From Dictyostelium discoideum (lineage: Eukaryota): 64,000 nt of DNA. The number at the start of each line of letters is the position of its first letter. The stretch's first letter is position 1. Positions 29,902 to 43,619 of the stretch are shown piece by piece. The translations under genes were made by a program, and so were the position numbers. The stretch lies in the NCBI GenBank assembly GCA_000004695.1, contig CM000154.2, positions 960,001-1,024,000 on the forward strand, written 5' to 3'. A model generated the notes under the pieces. The model had not been told where the DNA came from. It did no database searches and worked only from the letters and a program-made list of their open reading frames with translations.

Positions 29902-30010
29902 CAGGAAAACGTTAGGAATCTTGAAATAAGCAACCAGCCAAAGTTTTTTTTTTTTTTTTTAATGGGAAAACGTTAAGAATTTAAAAATAAGCAAAAAGCC
30001 AAAGTTTTTT
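29845..30010. promoter_or_regulatory. Three tandem roughly 55-bp repeat units (GAAATAAGCAA[CA][CA]AGCCAAAG preceded by GGAAAACGTTARGAAT) in the 5' flank of the acyltransferase gene
   Basis: Direct reading: units at about 29845, 29900-29950 and 29960-30005. Each contains the palindrome AACGTT and is separated by T-runs. Confidence 0.4.
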
Positions 30011-30247
30011 TTATTTTTTTGGAAAAAATGGGTTTGCAATTGGAAATGATAGAAATTAATTATCCAAATTTTATTAAAAATTTTAATTGACTAAACAAAA
30101 TATTTATTAAAGCCATGGCATGTTAACATGGTCAAATAAATATTGTTTTAAAAATAAATAATTCTTTTTTTATTTTTTTTTTTTTTATTTTTTTTTTTTT
30201 TTTATTAAATAATTTATAAATTATTTAATTAAAATTTTTTTTATTTT

Positions 30248-31724
30248 TTATTTTTTATTTAAAATAGAGTTTACTACATTTAAAACTTGACCAGATCTAA
30301 TTAATTTATAAACTTCTTCTATATCTGGTTGTATGAATCTATCTTTATCCATAAAAGTAACTTTTGAACGTACTAATTGATAGACTGCTTCTAATGGTTC
30401 AGTGGTTTTTAAAGGTCTTCTAAAATCCAAACCTTGACAAGCTGCTAATAATTCGATTGCTAAAACATTTTCAACATTTTCAACAACATTTAAACATTTA
30501 CGAGCAGACCAACCACCCATTGAAACGTGATCTTCTTTTGCACTACTTGTGCTAATGGTATCTGCAGAAGAAGGATGAACCAAAACTTTATTTTCACTTA
30601 CCAAAGCAGCACTTGTACAATGAGCAATCATGAAACCTGAATTTAAACCACCACCATTTACCAAAAATGATGGAAGACCATCACTCAATTGTGAATTTAC
30701 CAAACGTTCTAAACGACGTTCACTAATATTTGAAAGTTCATGAATACCAATTGTAAGGTAATCCAATGCCTTTGCAGGATACTCACCATGGAAGTTACCA
30801 CCACTAATTGTGCCACATAATTCATCAGTGTCGAAAACCATTGGATTATCAGTTGCAGAGTTCATCTCGGTGTTTATAATTCCCTGAACGAAATCAATGG
30901 TATCGAAAACGATACCATGAACTTGTGGTACACAACGTAATGTATAACTATCTTGAACTTTCTTTGTATCTTTATTTGCCAATGTAATCTCTGATGGATA
31001 TTGGTCACTATGAAGTACTGATCTTAAGAATGCTGCAACCCTACCTTGACCTGAATGTGGTCTGGCGGCATGGATCAATGGATGGTAGGCGGCAGTCAAA
31101 CCTTTTAAAGCTTCAAATGTCATTGCTGTTATAATATTGGCAGTCTCTGCCAATACCTTACAACGATAAACTGCCTCTGCACCCAATGAAGTAATCAATT
31201 GTGTACCATTAATCAATGCAAGACCTTCCTTTGCGTTCAATTCAATTGGTGTTAAATTTTGTCTCTTTAAAATTTCATTGGCTGGTGAGAATTTAAAGTT
31301 TCTATACTCTAAAACATCGACATCCAAGTTACTGGTGAATGTATTTCCACTGTCGCCAAAATCATACATCTTACCCTCACCCATCATACCCAATGCTAAA
31401 TGTGATAATGGTGCTAAATCTCCAGATGCTCCAACTGTTCCTTTCTCTGGAACCAATGGTAAACAATTACCATTCAATATTTTAATTGCTCTCTTTACTG
31501 TCTCTAATGTAATACCACTGTATCCTTTTGTTAATACATTAATTCTTAATGCTAATAACATTCTAGTTCTTTCTGGTGTTAATGGTGTACCAACACCTGA
31601 TGAATGTGATCTAATTAAATTAACTTGTAACCTATTAAATAATTTAATAAATTAAAAAAATATATTAGTCGTAATTAAAAAATAAATGTTTTTTTTTTTT
31701 TTTGATCTTTATCTATTTGTATGT

Positions 31725-31764
<40 letters not shown>

Positions 31765-31999
31765 TTTTAACTTGATCAGGTGGGATGATAACATCAGAGA
31801 ATAAACCGAAACCAGTATTAATACCATACACGGTTTTTTCAGACTTTAAAATATCATCAATTACATTTCTACCTTTTTGAATTAATTCTTCAACTTCTTG
31901 TGTAATTGAAACATTATATCCTCTATAACCAATGTTTATAAGATCTTCAATCTTTAATGTATTTCCATTTAAATAAACGATTTTATCAGTAGTTGACAT
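30248..31999 (-). CDS. Histidine ammonia-lyase (exons 31764..31999 and 30248..31631)
   Basis: MIO-forming Ala-Ser-Gly triad in [23 protein letters not shown] (HAL-type, not PAL-type). Junction ...[40 protein letters not shown] is almost identical to human HAL ...[33 protein letters not shown]. Donor AT|GTAAAA at 31763 and ttaatAG acceptor at 31632, phase 2; about 539 aa. Confidence 0.9.
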
Positions 32000-32452
32000 A
32001 TTTAATTATTTTAATTTTTATTATTATAATTTTTATTATTATTATTATTATAACTATATTTGAGAAAATAGCGTTTTTTTTAATTTTATGTGGTAAAATT
32101 TAATTAAACCTTTTTTGGAGATATTTAGAATGAAAAAAAAAAAATAAAATTAAAAAATAAACAAAAAAAAAAAAAAAAAAAAATTTTGAAATTTACAAAG
32201 TTTGGTATTTAAAAAAAAAAAAATAAAATAAATTAAAAAAAAAAAATAAATTAAAAAAAAAAACAAAATTAAAAAAAGACGAGCCGAGAAAAAGTTCAAG
32301 TTTTTGTTTATATTTACCAGCCACTGACTGTTTTGTTTAGATTATTATGGTAATAAGATTATTAATAATTGATTATTTCTGACTTAATCTCATTACCATA
32401 ATAATTAAATTAATTTTTTTTTTTTTTTTTTTTAATAATATTTTTTTACAAA

Positions 32453-32497
<45 letters not shown>

Positions 32498-32895
32498 GAT
32501 TTGTTTTAATTAATCAAAAAAAAAAAAAAAAAAAAAAAAATAATTATTTTTTATTTTATTTAATTTTTTTTTTTTATTTTTTTATTTTTTTTATAACAAT
32601 GATTTAATTTTAATTATTTTAATATTAATTTAGTATAGATAAATAGAACACTCAAAAATACACAAAATAATATAAATAAAAAAATGAACCTATCCATTCC
32701 GTTTCAAACAAAAATTTTATTTTATTTGTTAATATTTTTATTGTTTTTTCAAATTTAATGAAGCAAAACAAGTTTAAATTGATTGTTTGTGTTATTAATA
32801 GTTGGTTCAATTAATTAGAACAATTAAACAAGAAAAAACAGTGTGCTTTTTTTTTTAAATTTTTTTTTTTCCCAAAAAAACAAAAACCCATTTAT

Positions 32896-34678
32896 TTATT
32901 TATTTTTAATTTTTTTTTCAATTGCATATGAATCATGTTCTCTTAATAATTTTGAAAATTGTTCAACATCACCTTTATGTCTACTAATACTTTTTTGTAC
33001 ATTTGATATAAAATCAGGAGTCAAAACAATTTTTTGAGAAACACAAATTCTAAGAATCTCTAAACATTTCTCTGTATCTTTTGAGAATGAACTAATTATA
33101 CCTGAATAATGTTTTATATTTGGTCTATATTAAAAAAATAAAAATAAAAAAAAAATAAAAATAATTTCATAATTAATATCTAATAAAAAAAAAAATAAAA
33201 AAATCAATTAATCAATTAACACTTACGATATATTTAATTCTTTCATTTCTAATAATAATTCATAAACTTTAACATAATTTTTTAATTTTGAATAAGTTGA
33301 AATTAAAACTGAAAAAGATTCTTCATTTGGTTGTAAACTATAAGCAGACATATAATCAATGATTCTATTTATAATTATTTCTTCATCTAAATTTTCTTTT
33401 TTTGATATCTTTCTACAACTTGCAATTCTTAAACAAGTTCTAAACATGTTATTAACTAAATGAATATCTGGTCTAATATTTTTTGAAAAAATTTCTTCAA
33501 AAATTTCTAATGATTTATCAAACTTTATATATACATTTATTTTTTATATTATTAAAAATGATTATTAATAAATGAAAATAATAATAATAATACTAAAATT
33601 ATATTTATATACATACATCATCAATATTATTACAAGTTGATATTAAAATATCATAAGTTTTAGTATCAGGATTTAAATGTTGAGTAAAACGCATTTCTTT
33701 AAGAGTATCCCAAACTTGGAAAACACCAGAAGGATTCTTTGTTTGTTTACAAGCATTGAGTATAGTATTTATGAAATAACGATCAGGTGAAATTTGAGCC
33801 ATTTTAACTTTTTTAACTAAAGTCATATAAAAATCGATTTGTTTATTACCTTCTGCACGTAATTCATCCATTTCAGAGGTGTTTTTATTTGGTTTATTTA
33901 ATTCCTTTATTAATTCTTTTTTATTTAAATAATTATCTGCTAAATATTTCTCACTGATTGCTTTAATCCAAGTTGTGTAGCTTGTTATGTCTGGTCTAAT
34001 TCCAGAATCTTTCATTTTATCAATCATAGTGATGGCTTGATCATTATTGCCAATGGTGATCATTGTTTTCATTAAGATATTGAAAAAGTTTATTGAGACT
34101 GGTACTTGATATTTATCGATTTCTTCAATGATTTTATTGACTCTTTCTTGGATTTTGTTTGAGTCAATACTAGTTGAATGATTACAAATGTCCACCAAAT
34201 TACCAAACACGTGAATACTAGGTTTGATATTATCTTTTTTCATATCATTATAGATTTTCCATGATTGATTGAATTTATGTGCTTTTGAACATGCAAATAT
34301 TAATTTATCATATGCATATGCCGTTCTTCTTTCTGGCATACGTCTTGCAACTTGTAACATTCTATCGACATCACCACGATCTGCTAATTTTTCAAAATAT
34401 TGTTTCAATGACAATGATCTATCTTGTGGATCTCTTTCCATAATATGTGAGTTATTAAATTTCTTTACAACTAAACTATTCTCTGTTGAATGATCATTAT
34501 TATTATTATTATTCTTAATTTTTATCTTTGTTTCTTTAATTTCATTTATATTTTTTATATTTTCTTTAGGTTTCGTTATAATTGTTGGTATTGATTTATT
34601 ACTTCCATAATTCCTAATAACATTTTTAATTAAAAAACTATAATTTATAATTTTAAATGATTTATTTAGATTTAACAT
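32896..34678 (-). CDS. PPR/TPR-like repeat protein, probably mitochondrial (3 exons: 33617..34678, 33227..33522, 32896..33109)
   Basis: N-terminal basic/hydroxylated presequence MLNLNKSFKIINYSFLIKNVIRNYG. Degenerate 35-aa helical repeats (YAYDKLIFACSKAHKFNQSWKIYNDMKKDNIKPSIHVF...; ITMIDKMKDSGIRPDITSYTTWI...). Donors GTATGT (33616) and GTAAGT (33226); acceptors tataaAG and taatatAG; phases 0 and 2 consistent; stop at 32896. Confidence 0.5.
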
Positions 34679-34875
34679 TTATTAATATTTTATTTATTTG
34701 ATAAAAAAAAAAAAAAAAAAAAAATTAATGAAAAAAAAAAAAAATTAAAAAAACGAATAAAAAAAAACGAATCAAACTATTTTTTATTTTTTTTTTTTTT
34801 TTTTTTAATTTCAGCAATATGCAAAATTATTTATTTTATTAATATTATTTTATACAATTTTTTTTTTTTTTATCT

Positions 34876-35849
34876 TTATTGAATACTAAGAAATGTTCCT
34901 TTTTTGATATTAATTGGATCATCAATGAGAATTGTATCTAAAATTTCATTTTTGCTATATGAACCACCAATTATTAGTGTGTAAGTTTTATTTCTTGCTA
35001 CTTTAATTGCGGAATCCAATTTTGCTTTCATACCACCTGTAACATCTTTTGAGTTACTATCTAAAGTTAATTTAATATTATCATTATTATTATTATTGTT
35101 ATTATTATCACAACCATCAATTTCTGAAACTTTAATATTACTTAATAGTTGAGCATTTTCATTTTCTTTTGGATTTGAATCATATACACCATTAACATCA
35201 CTAACATATATACATTTATTTGGTTTTAATTTATAACATAATTCTCTTATTATTGTATCACCACTTATTATTGTACAACCTAAAGTATTATCACTAATTT
35301 AAATAAAAATAAAAATTAGTATTTATTGATTATTAATTATTGATTATTGATTGTTGATTATTGTTTATATACATACAGACAAACATCACCATGTAAAATT
35401 GGTATAATTTTTGGGAAATGATTTAAACTAAAATTAATATTATCAATATTATCTTGAACTACATTATCACCACCATTATTAGTTCTCCATGATGAAAATG
35501 GTGACATTGAACAAACGTTTAGTCCATTGTTTACCAATTCTTTCTTTACAATATCTAATAGAGTTGTTACTGATTCTCTAGTTCTTAAAATACCTTCACA
35601 AAGAAATTTATTATCACCACAATTACTTGAAAGACCATATTTAACTTTATATTGATTGGCTGAATGATGTCCAAATGATCCTGCACCAATAATAAGTATA
35701 ATTTTATGATTATAATCAATTGATAGCGTTTTGATAATATAAACTAAATTATCAATGTTCTCTTTCCAAATTGTTTCTAATTTATCTTTTTTACTAATAT
35801 AAGCCCCCCCAAATTTAATTATAATTAATTGTTGTTTATTTTCTTGCAT
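34876..35849 (-). CDS. Isopentenyl phosphate kinase-like protein (amino-acid-kinase fold; exons 35377..35849 and 34876..35293)
   Basis: LIIIKFGGAYIS (ATP-binding K-x-GG), GAGSFGHH, PILHGDVCL, IISGDTII and DVTGGMKAKL line up block-by-block with archaeal IPK (KLGGS, GGGAFGH, PVIHGDIVI, IISGDDIV, DVTGGMKYKI). Donor CT|GTATGT at 35376 and aaattAG acceptor at 35294, phase 2. Asn-rich insert. Confidence 0.6.
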
Positions 35850-35856
35850 TTATTTA

Positions 35857-35879
35857 TTTATTTAATTATTTATTTATTT

Positions 35880-35932
<53 letters not shown>

Positions 35933-35995
35933 TCTATTTATCTTTTTATCTATTTATCTATATCTCTATTTATTTATTTATTTATTATTGTTTAT
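35857..35995. repeat. (TTTA)n / (TATT)n microsatellite in the IPK 5' flank
   Basis: Direct reading. Confidence 0.9.
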
Positions 35996-36132
35996 TTATT
36001 TTATTAATATCACAATTTTTTTTTTAATTTATAAAGAAAATTTTTTTTTTTTTTTTTTTTTTTCAAAATTTTTTTTTTTTTATTTTAAAATCTTTACAAC
36101 AATTTCCAAAAGAGTAAAAGTTAAATTGGGAA

Positions 36133-36228
36133 AAAAAAAAAAAATTAATTAATGATTTTTTTGAATGGCTTAAATGATTTTGATTTACAGCAATTTCCAA
36201 AAGAGTAAAGTTAAATTGGGAAAAAAAA
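36133..36228. promoter_or_regulatory. Two direct copies of a roughly 42-bp element CAATTTCCAAAAGAGTAAA(A)GTTAAATTGGG(A)n in the divergent intergenic region between the IPK gene (-) and the Clu/LRR gene (+)
   Basis: Direct reading; the copies are separated by about 50 bp. Confidence 0.4.
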
Positions 36229-36656
36229 AAAAAAAAAAAAAATGATTTATAGTAAAAAATAAATAAACAATAATTGTGTTAAAATGGAAATATCAAAAAA
36301 GAAATAATTAAAAAAACGGTTAAAAAAAAAAAATTTGAAAAAGTTTGAAAAATTTTTTTTAAAAAAAAAAAAAAAAACTTTGATTTGTTTTGAAAACAAA
36401 TTATTTATTTTTTCAAAAAAAAAAAAATTAAACCAAAAAAAAAAATTTCAAAATCAAATTAAAATATGTGTATCATTAAAAACTTGGAATATAACTATTA
36501 AAATTTTTAAAAAATAAGTTAAACCCACTATTCAAAAAACAGACAAAAAGTCAAAAAAAAAAAAAAATAAAAATAAAAATTTATTAAATTAAATTAAATT
36601 AAAATAAAATAAAATAAAATAAAATAAAATAAATAAAATAAAATAAACTTTTAACC

Positions 36657-36833
36657 ATGATTGCAAACAAGGATAAAGTTTATATTTATGACGTTTATTC
36701 TTACTTTGAGGATATAGATTATGATAATATTAAAAATAATAAAAATAATAATAATAATAAAAGTGTATTAATAAATAGTAGTAACAACAACAATAACAAT
36801 AACAATAATAACAACAACAACAACAACAACAAC

Positions 36834-36921
<88 letters not shown>

Positions 36922-37440
36922 GTTATATTGAACCAAATTTATTGTCATATTATGAAGAAAAAGAAAGTGTAAATAGTAAAAGTGGTAATAATAATTATAA
37001 TAATAGTAAAAATAAGATTCAGCTTCAACATAGAGAAATTAAAATAGGATCATATATAAATACAGAGGTTAATTATAAACAGGTTAATAGTGATAGTAGT
37101 AATAGTAATAATAATAATAATAATAGTTATCAAGATAATTTACCAATTAGTAGTTATCAAGAAAATATAGATGATGATGGTGGGAGTAATGAATATGAAG
37201 AAGAAAGAGAAGAAGAACAATATGATATTGAACCAAATAGTAATATTATTAATAGTGATGCAAAAACTATAAATTACACACCTGATATTTATTCACCACC
37301 TGTAAATAATTCAAATCGGAGTAGTATAAATAATAATAATAATAATTTTAATGCAACACATCAACCAATAATTATTAATAATAATAATAATAATAATCAA
37401 CAACAAAAACAACAATATCATCAACAATATCATCATCATC

Positions 37441-37506
<66 letters not shown>

Positions 37507-40500
37507 ATCAACAATATCAACAACAATTATTAAATTCATCAAATTTAATATCACAATTAAATAGATATTGTGGAAAGAGTAAAGATTATAAAGGTAAAGA
37601 TTGGAATGGTGAATTTCAAACGTTATTAACTCAAGAGAATAGTGAACAAAAGTTTAGAAAATTATCAAATTTAGCAAAGGATTTTGTTTCAACTGCAAAA
37701 TCATATGCAACCGTTATTATCAATGAATTATGTGTACCATTGGAGATGAAAACTATTAAACCTGTTGAAATTGGTGGATTTGCAGGTGGATTGAAATATC
37801 ATTGTCATGGTATACTATTTAAGTTTGCAATGGATACATTGTTGAATAAGGAATGTTGGATGTATGGTGGTACCACCCAAGGTGGACCAAGGGATGACTT
37901 TGCAGCCAAAGCAGCATCTAACGAATTGAAAGGATTGGTTAGTTATTATATGGCGGGTGTTCCAGGATTGAATTACCCATTGATGGCATTAATCGATTAC
38001 AAAGGGTTCCGATTGATTGCACTGTCGGTATTGCCCATTTCAAGTGACACCATCAAGTATGGATCCTCCGATAGCGGTTCAACCGTGCACAATTCAATAC
38101 CCGACCTTAACGAGAAAATGAAAGAAGCAGGAAGGAAATTAAATTTAAAATCGCATAGAGTTGGCTCGATAGCCGACCAATCGAATATTCTCTCCTCACC
38201 TGGTGATATTGAAGCTCATTTAGGTGAGGATAAAAGATATTATGTAATCGACTTTAGTCGTACCTTCCCACCAGAATCAATTACAAAACAACCAAATCTA
38301 AATAAAAGAAGTATTTTCTATAATCTACTTAGACCAGAGTTTGTAAGTAAATGGAAAGTGCCACTTTGTAGTGACTCTTTCTCTGGTTGGCAAAGAAATG
38401 ACCCAAACAAATTAACACACAATAAAGAAGTTATTGAAGCAACTGAATATTTAGTTAATGATTTGGTGAAACAATGCGCTGCAAGATTAGATAGTCAAGA
38501 TAAAGATGGTATAGTTAAAACCAAGCAAAATCAACAAACCTCTCAAATTTCATCTGCATCATCAACCACTGTAAAACTTGAATTACCTTCAGATTTTAAT
38601 GAAATTAAAAATAATTTTGCAAAGAAATTCTTACCAATTTTTCAAAAAAGATTTGAAAATATCTCTTTAAATTTTCAAGATAGTCCAACAACTCAAAATG
38701 AATTTGAATCTTCAATAAATTATAATTTATTTAATTCAATTGATTCAACAACATCTTCTTCACAATCTTCAAATTTAAATAGTAATAATAGTAACAATAA
38801 TAATAATCAAAGTAATATTTCACCAACTACTAAATCTGTTAATAATACAACTACAACTACAACTACAACTACAACAACTACAACTACTACTGCAACCACT
38901 ACAAATACAAATGATAACAACACTAATAACAACACTAATAATAATAATAATAATAATACAATGAAATTTAAACCAATGAATCCAATAAAGAATGAAGTAC
39001 CACAACAATTATCAAGAATTATTGAAGAAATGCATAGAATGGGTATTAATATTAGACATATGGGTAGAGTTAGATTTTATTCAAAATCAAAAGCAATTAG
39101 AGATTTATTATTAATGGAGATGGCAGCAAGATCAATTAAAACAATCATTAGAAATGAAATGAGATTAAAAATGAAAGAAGAACAAGGTTCAGAAGAACCA
39201 TTCAAAGAGATTGTAATTGAAATCTTTAATTCAGTATTAGATATTCAATCACCACTTTGGAAAAGAATTTTAGAATCTATAAAATCAAAATATTTTATGG
39301 CATTTTTAAAATTAAATGATGATAATGATAATAGTGATAATAGTGATGATGATGATAATAATAATAATGATGATAGTAGTATAATTGATAATGATAGTGA
39401 AGAGAAACAACAACAACAACAATCATCATCACCACCAACACCACAAGATGATGATAATAAATCAATAATATCATCAGTTTATTCAATGGGTAGTAAAATG
39501 AAAGAAGACATTGATGAGAATTGGATGGAAGGTATTAATTTAAAGAACTTAATTGATAGATTACAATTGTTAAGTGGTATTTCATTTTCACAGATGGCAC
39601 AGTACGAATTTGCAAGGGATCCATTTAGATTTCAATTTGTTGATTCAGATATTCAAGAGATTAGTGCAAATGTGAAACATATGAATATCATTGATTATGC
39701 TGAGGGTATGGCATTGTCAATGTCATCGAAATCAAAATTTGGTAGAGATAGATTAAGATTATTGAAAATGTCTGCACACAAATTCCAAATCTCATTAAAA
39801 AGTAATCCAGATAATTTCAATTGTATGTGTCAATTAGGTAGAACATTAATTCAACAAGCAGAGACATTATCACAAATCACTGGTATGTTGGGTAAAAATC
39901 TTTATCTAAAGACATTGGAAGATGGAATTTTAAAATTTTTAGATGCTCTATCAATAGCTCCAAATTTTACACCTGCCCATTATGAATTGGCTCATGTTTA
40001 TATTTTATTAGCACAATATTATCAATTGAACCTATATAAATCTTCAAAATATTATAAAAATGCATCTCATCATTTTATGAAAGCAATTGAAACTTTTGAA
40101 ATTAATAAAAATAATTATTTAAATAATAGTGGTAATGGTATTGGTGGTAGTGGTGGTGGTGGTGGTAGTAGTGGAGATAATTGTAATAATGATTTCGAAT
40201 CTGATTACTATTTTTTAAAAAATCAAAAAAATCAAGAAGAAGAAGAGGAAGAAGAAGATAAAAATGAAGAAAAAGAAGAAGATATTTTAAATGGTAATAA
40301 AGTTAAAAAAACAATTATTAAAGATATTGAATTATTATTTAAAAAAGGTATTGAAGGTTCATCAAGTTATATTATTGGTGTTTCAATAATTTGTCAAGCA
40401 TTAGAGAAATTATTTCCAAATGATTCAGAGATTTTATTATTGTTGGGTAAATCTTATATTTATAGACCTTATTATGATGATGGTAGCGCCAATGGTAAAT

Positions 40501-43192
40501 CTAAAGCAAAAGATTATCAATATCAAAATAATAAAGAATTCTATTATAAAGAGGCAACAAATGATTTCCATAGAGTATTATTAATAAATATTGAATTAAA
40601 GCATAAAGTTTTTGAAGTTGCTCATGATATTTGGTTAAAGAGTAAAACTGGTAATCGTAAATTATATTATCCCGCTGCAAATATATTTAGATTACTAATT
40701 AAAGAGAATTTTTATCGTGAAAATAAAGTTTATTCAATGTATGCTGATTCATTATTAGAAATTTTAAAAATGGAATTTAATCCACCACCACAACAATCAT
40801 TACCTAAATCATCATCATCATCATCATCATCATCAACAAGAACAACATCAACACCATCACCATCGTCGCCATCACCATCGCCATCAATTGAAAATTCACC
40901 AATTTTAAAATCAACACCATCATTACCATTAACATCAATATCATCAATGACACCAACACCAATGATACAACCAACTTTACCATCTGGATATTTATCAGAA
41001 TCAACTATACTTTTTGAACATTTATTTACAATTGGTAATCAATATATAATTGATAAATTTGAATCATCAATGGTGAATCAACGTGAAGAAATTTGTGATT
41101 TTATAAAGATGTCAAATCATTCAAAATTAATAAAGAATAAGTTAATTGAAATTTCAAAAACAAAGAAATTAATTAAACTGGATTTAAGTAGGACATTAAT
41201 TGGTGATCAAGATTTAAATTCAGTTGGTGAAATATTTGGTAACCAGTTGGAGGATTTAGATCTTTCACATTGTCCTTTAATTAGTGATTTCGGAGTTTCA
41301 GAATTTCTTTCAACTTTTGGTTTAAAATCATTACAATCCTTATCATTGGCTGGTAATTTAATTGCTGATAAAACCATTCAAATCATTTCAAATTTTTGTC
41401 CACAAATTCAAAGATTAGATATTCACAATTGTACATTTATAAACTCTGAATCATTATCTTTACTTTGTCAAATTTCAAAATTAAAAAATTTAAATTTATC
41501 AAAATGTAAAGTTTCAAATGATAATATTTTATCATTTTATCAACCAATCCCACAACAATCTCAACAACAACCTCAACTTCAACAACCTCAACAAATTCAA
41601 TCACCACAACAACCAAATTTACAAAAACAATTATCATTTAATAATGGAATAACACAACAAATTCAATCACCACCACCACCACCACCACAACAACAACAAC
41701 AACCATATATTAATAATCAATTATTTGAATTAATAATTAGAAATCAAAGTAGAATATCAGATGAAGGATTTAAAAGATTTCAATCATGGCATTGTTTAAA
41801 GATTTTAGATTTATCAGGTTGTTCAAAAGTATCGGATAATATATTTTTAAAGTTACCAAAATGTTTAAATCTTGAACAATTGATATTGGAAGCATGTTAT
41901 AATTTAACCGATGTATCAGTTATTGGATTTTCACAACAAATGCCAAATCTTTGGAAACTTTCATTAAAAGGTTGTAAATTTATTACTGATAGATCAATCG
42001 ATAGTTTAACAAATAATTGTAAAAAGATTAAAGATTTGAAATTATCACGTTGTCATTCATTAACCAATGAATCAGTGGAATGGATTGCAAATAGAATCAA
42101 TTTAACATTGGAAAGAATCGATTTATCAATGTGTCCACAAATTGCAGAATCAGCATTAATTCAAATTTTAGAGAGATGTGATCAACTTTCTTCAATAAAC
42201 TTTTCAGAGAATCCAAAAGTTTCCGATGATTTAATTACGGTTATCAATGAAAGGTTCCCGAATCTTGTTGATCTTAGATTGGATTCTTGTGGTAAAATCT
42301 CATCGGATGGTTTAAATCTTTCAAATTTAATTCAATTGAAAACTTTATCAATTATAAAATCACAAATTTATCATAACTCATTATCATTGTTAACATGTAC
42401 TCTATTGAATTTAACAAGTTTATCTTTGAAAGGTTGTTTCCAGTTAACTGACACTTCCTTCTTTTCCATTGGTCAATTGAAACAATTGGAAAGTTTAGAT
42501 CTATCAGAAAACTATAGATTATTAGATAGTTCAATGGTTTACATTTGTAGAAATTTAACAAAGTTAAAACGTTTGGATATCTCCTCTTGTTTACGTTTAA
42601 CCACTAAAACCTTTTTCTTGATTGGCAAGTATCTAACTAAAATCAGTGAATTGGTCCTCTCAGGTTGTGGTAATCTCAATGATGCTTCTCTAATTTATAT
42701 CTCTGAGAATCTATTGGCAATTCAACAATTGGATATATCAGGTTGTCAAATGATCACTGATAAAGGTATAGCTTCTTTGGCAAATAATCAAGTTCATCTT
42801 CAAGTGGTATCTTTAAAGGATTGTAATTCAATCTCTCAACAATCAATTGATATACTTAAAACTAAATGTCCCCTTTTTAAATTGGTACGTTTATCTTTAC
42901 ATTCTTTACCATTGGTTGGCGAATTAATGAATTCTCCAACAACTGATATCCTAAAACCAATCAATTTCAATGTTGGTACAACTGAAGAATGGAAACAAAT
43001 CTCTTTAGAAAAAAGAAAAAAAGAAATGGAAAGAAAAGAAAAAGAAAAACAAAAAGAAAAAGAAAAAGCTTTAGCTCCAAAATATTTAGATTTTAATAAT
43101 GAAAAATTAACTTATCATAAAATTTTAAATTATAAAAATGATAATTTAAAATTAGATCCGATGCATTTAGAAGTAAGTTTTAATTTTTTTTT

Positions 43193-43232
<40 letters not shown>

Positions 43233-43385
43233 AATTCTAATTCTAATTCATTAATTTATTTATTATTATAGAAATATCTTAAAGAAGATGAATTTATTAG
43301 AATATTCCAAGTTAAAATTGAAAATTTTAATTTATTACCATTATGGCAAAGAAATGAAAGAAAGAGGTTAAATGGATTATTTTAA
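36657..43385 (+). CDS. Giant Clu-domain + TPR-like + cysteine-containing leucine-rich-repeat protein (about 2210 aa; exons 36657..43172 and 43272..43385)
   Basis: After long poly-N/poly-Q tracts there is a Clu-type domain (HCHGILFKFAMDTLLNKECWMYGG...PLMALIDYKGFRLIALSVLPI...KRYYVIDFSRTFPPE, compare CLU/TIF31 RYYILDL.RTFPPD), then TPR-like helices. The C-terminus is a long array of LRR_cc/RNI-type repeats (LDLSHCPLISDFGV..., LDLSGCSKVSDNIF..., LKLSRCHSLTNESV..., IDLSMCPQIAES...). GTAAGT donor at 43173 and tattatAG acceptor at 43271, phase 0. Confidence 0.5.
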
Positions 43386-43466
43386 AAATAAAATAAAATA
43401 AAAAATGATAAGAGTTGTGTATATATAATTAAATTAAATTAAATTAAATTAAATTAAATTAAATTA

Positions 43467-43511
<45 letters not shown>

Positions 43512-43619
43512 TATTAAATAATAAAAATAAAATTAATTTATATTTTATAAAAAAAAAAAATTAAAATTATTTTGAATAAATAAAATTATAAATCGTTAAA
43601 ATGTTTTTATTTAAATGTA

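Noticed and set aside
30248-31999. Calling the ammonia-lyase a phenylalanine/tyrosine ammonia-lyase and linking it with the neighbouring HXXXD acyltransferase as a phenylpropanoid-type pair
   Set aside because: Length (about 539 aa) and the exact [18 protein letters not shown] / [14 protein letters not shown] blocks are HAL-type, not PAL-type. Adjacency of two genes alone is not evidence of a pathway in a eukaryote.
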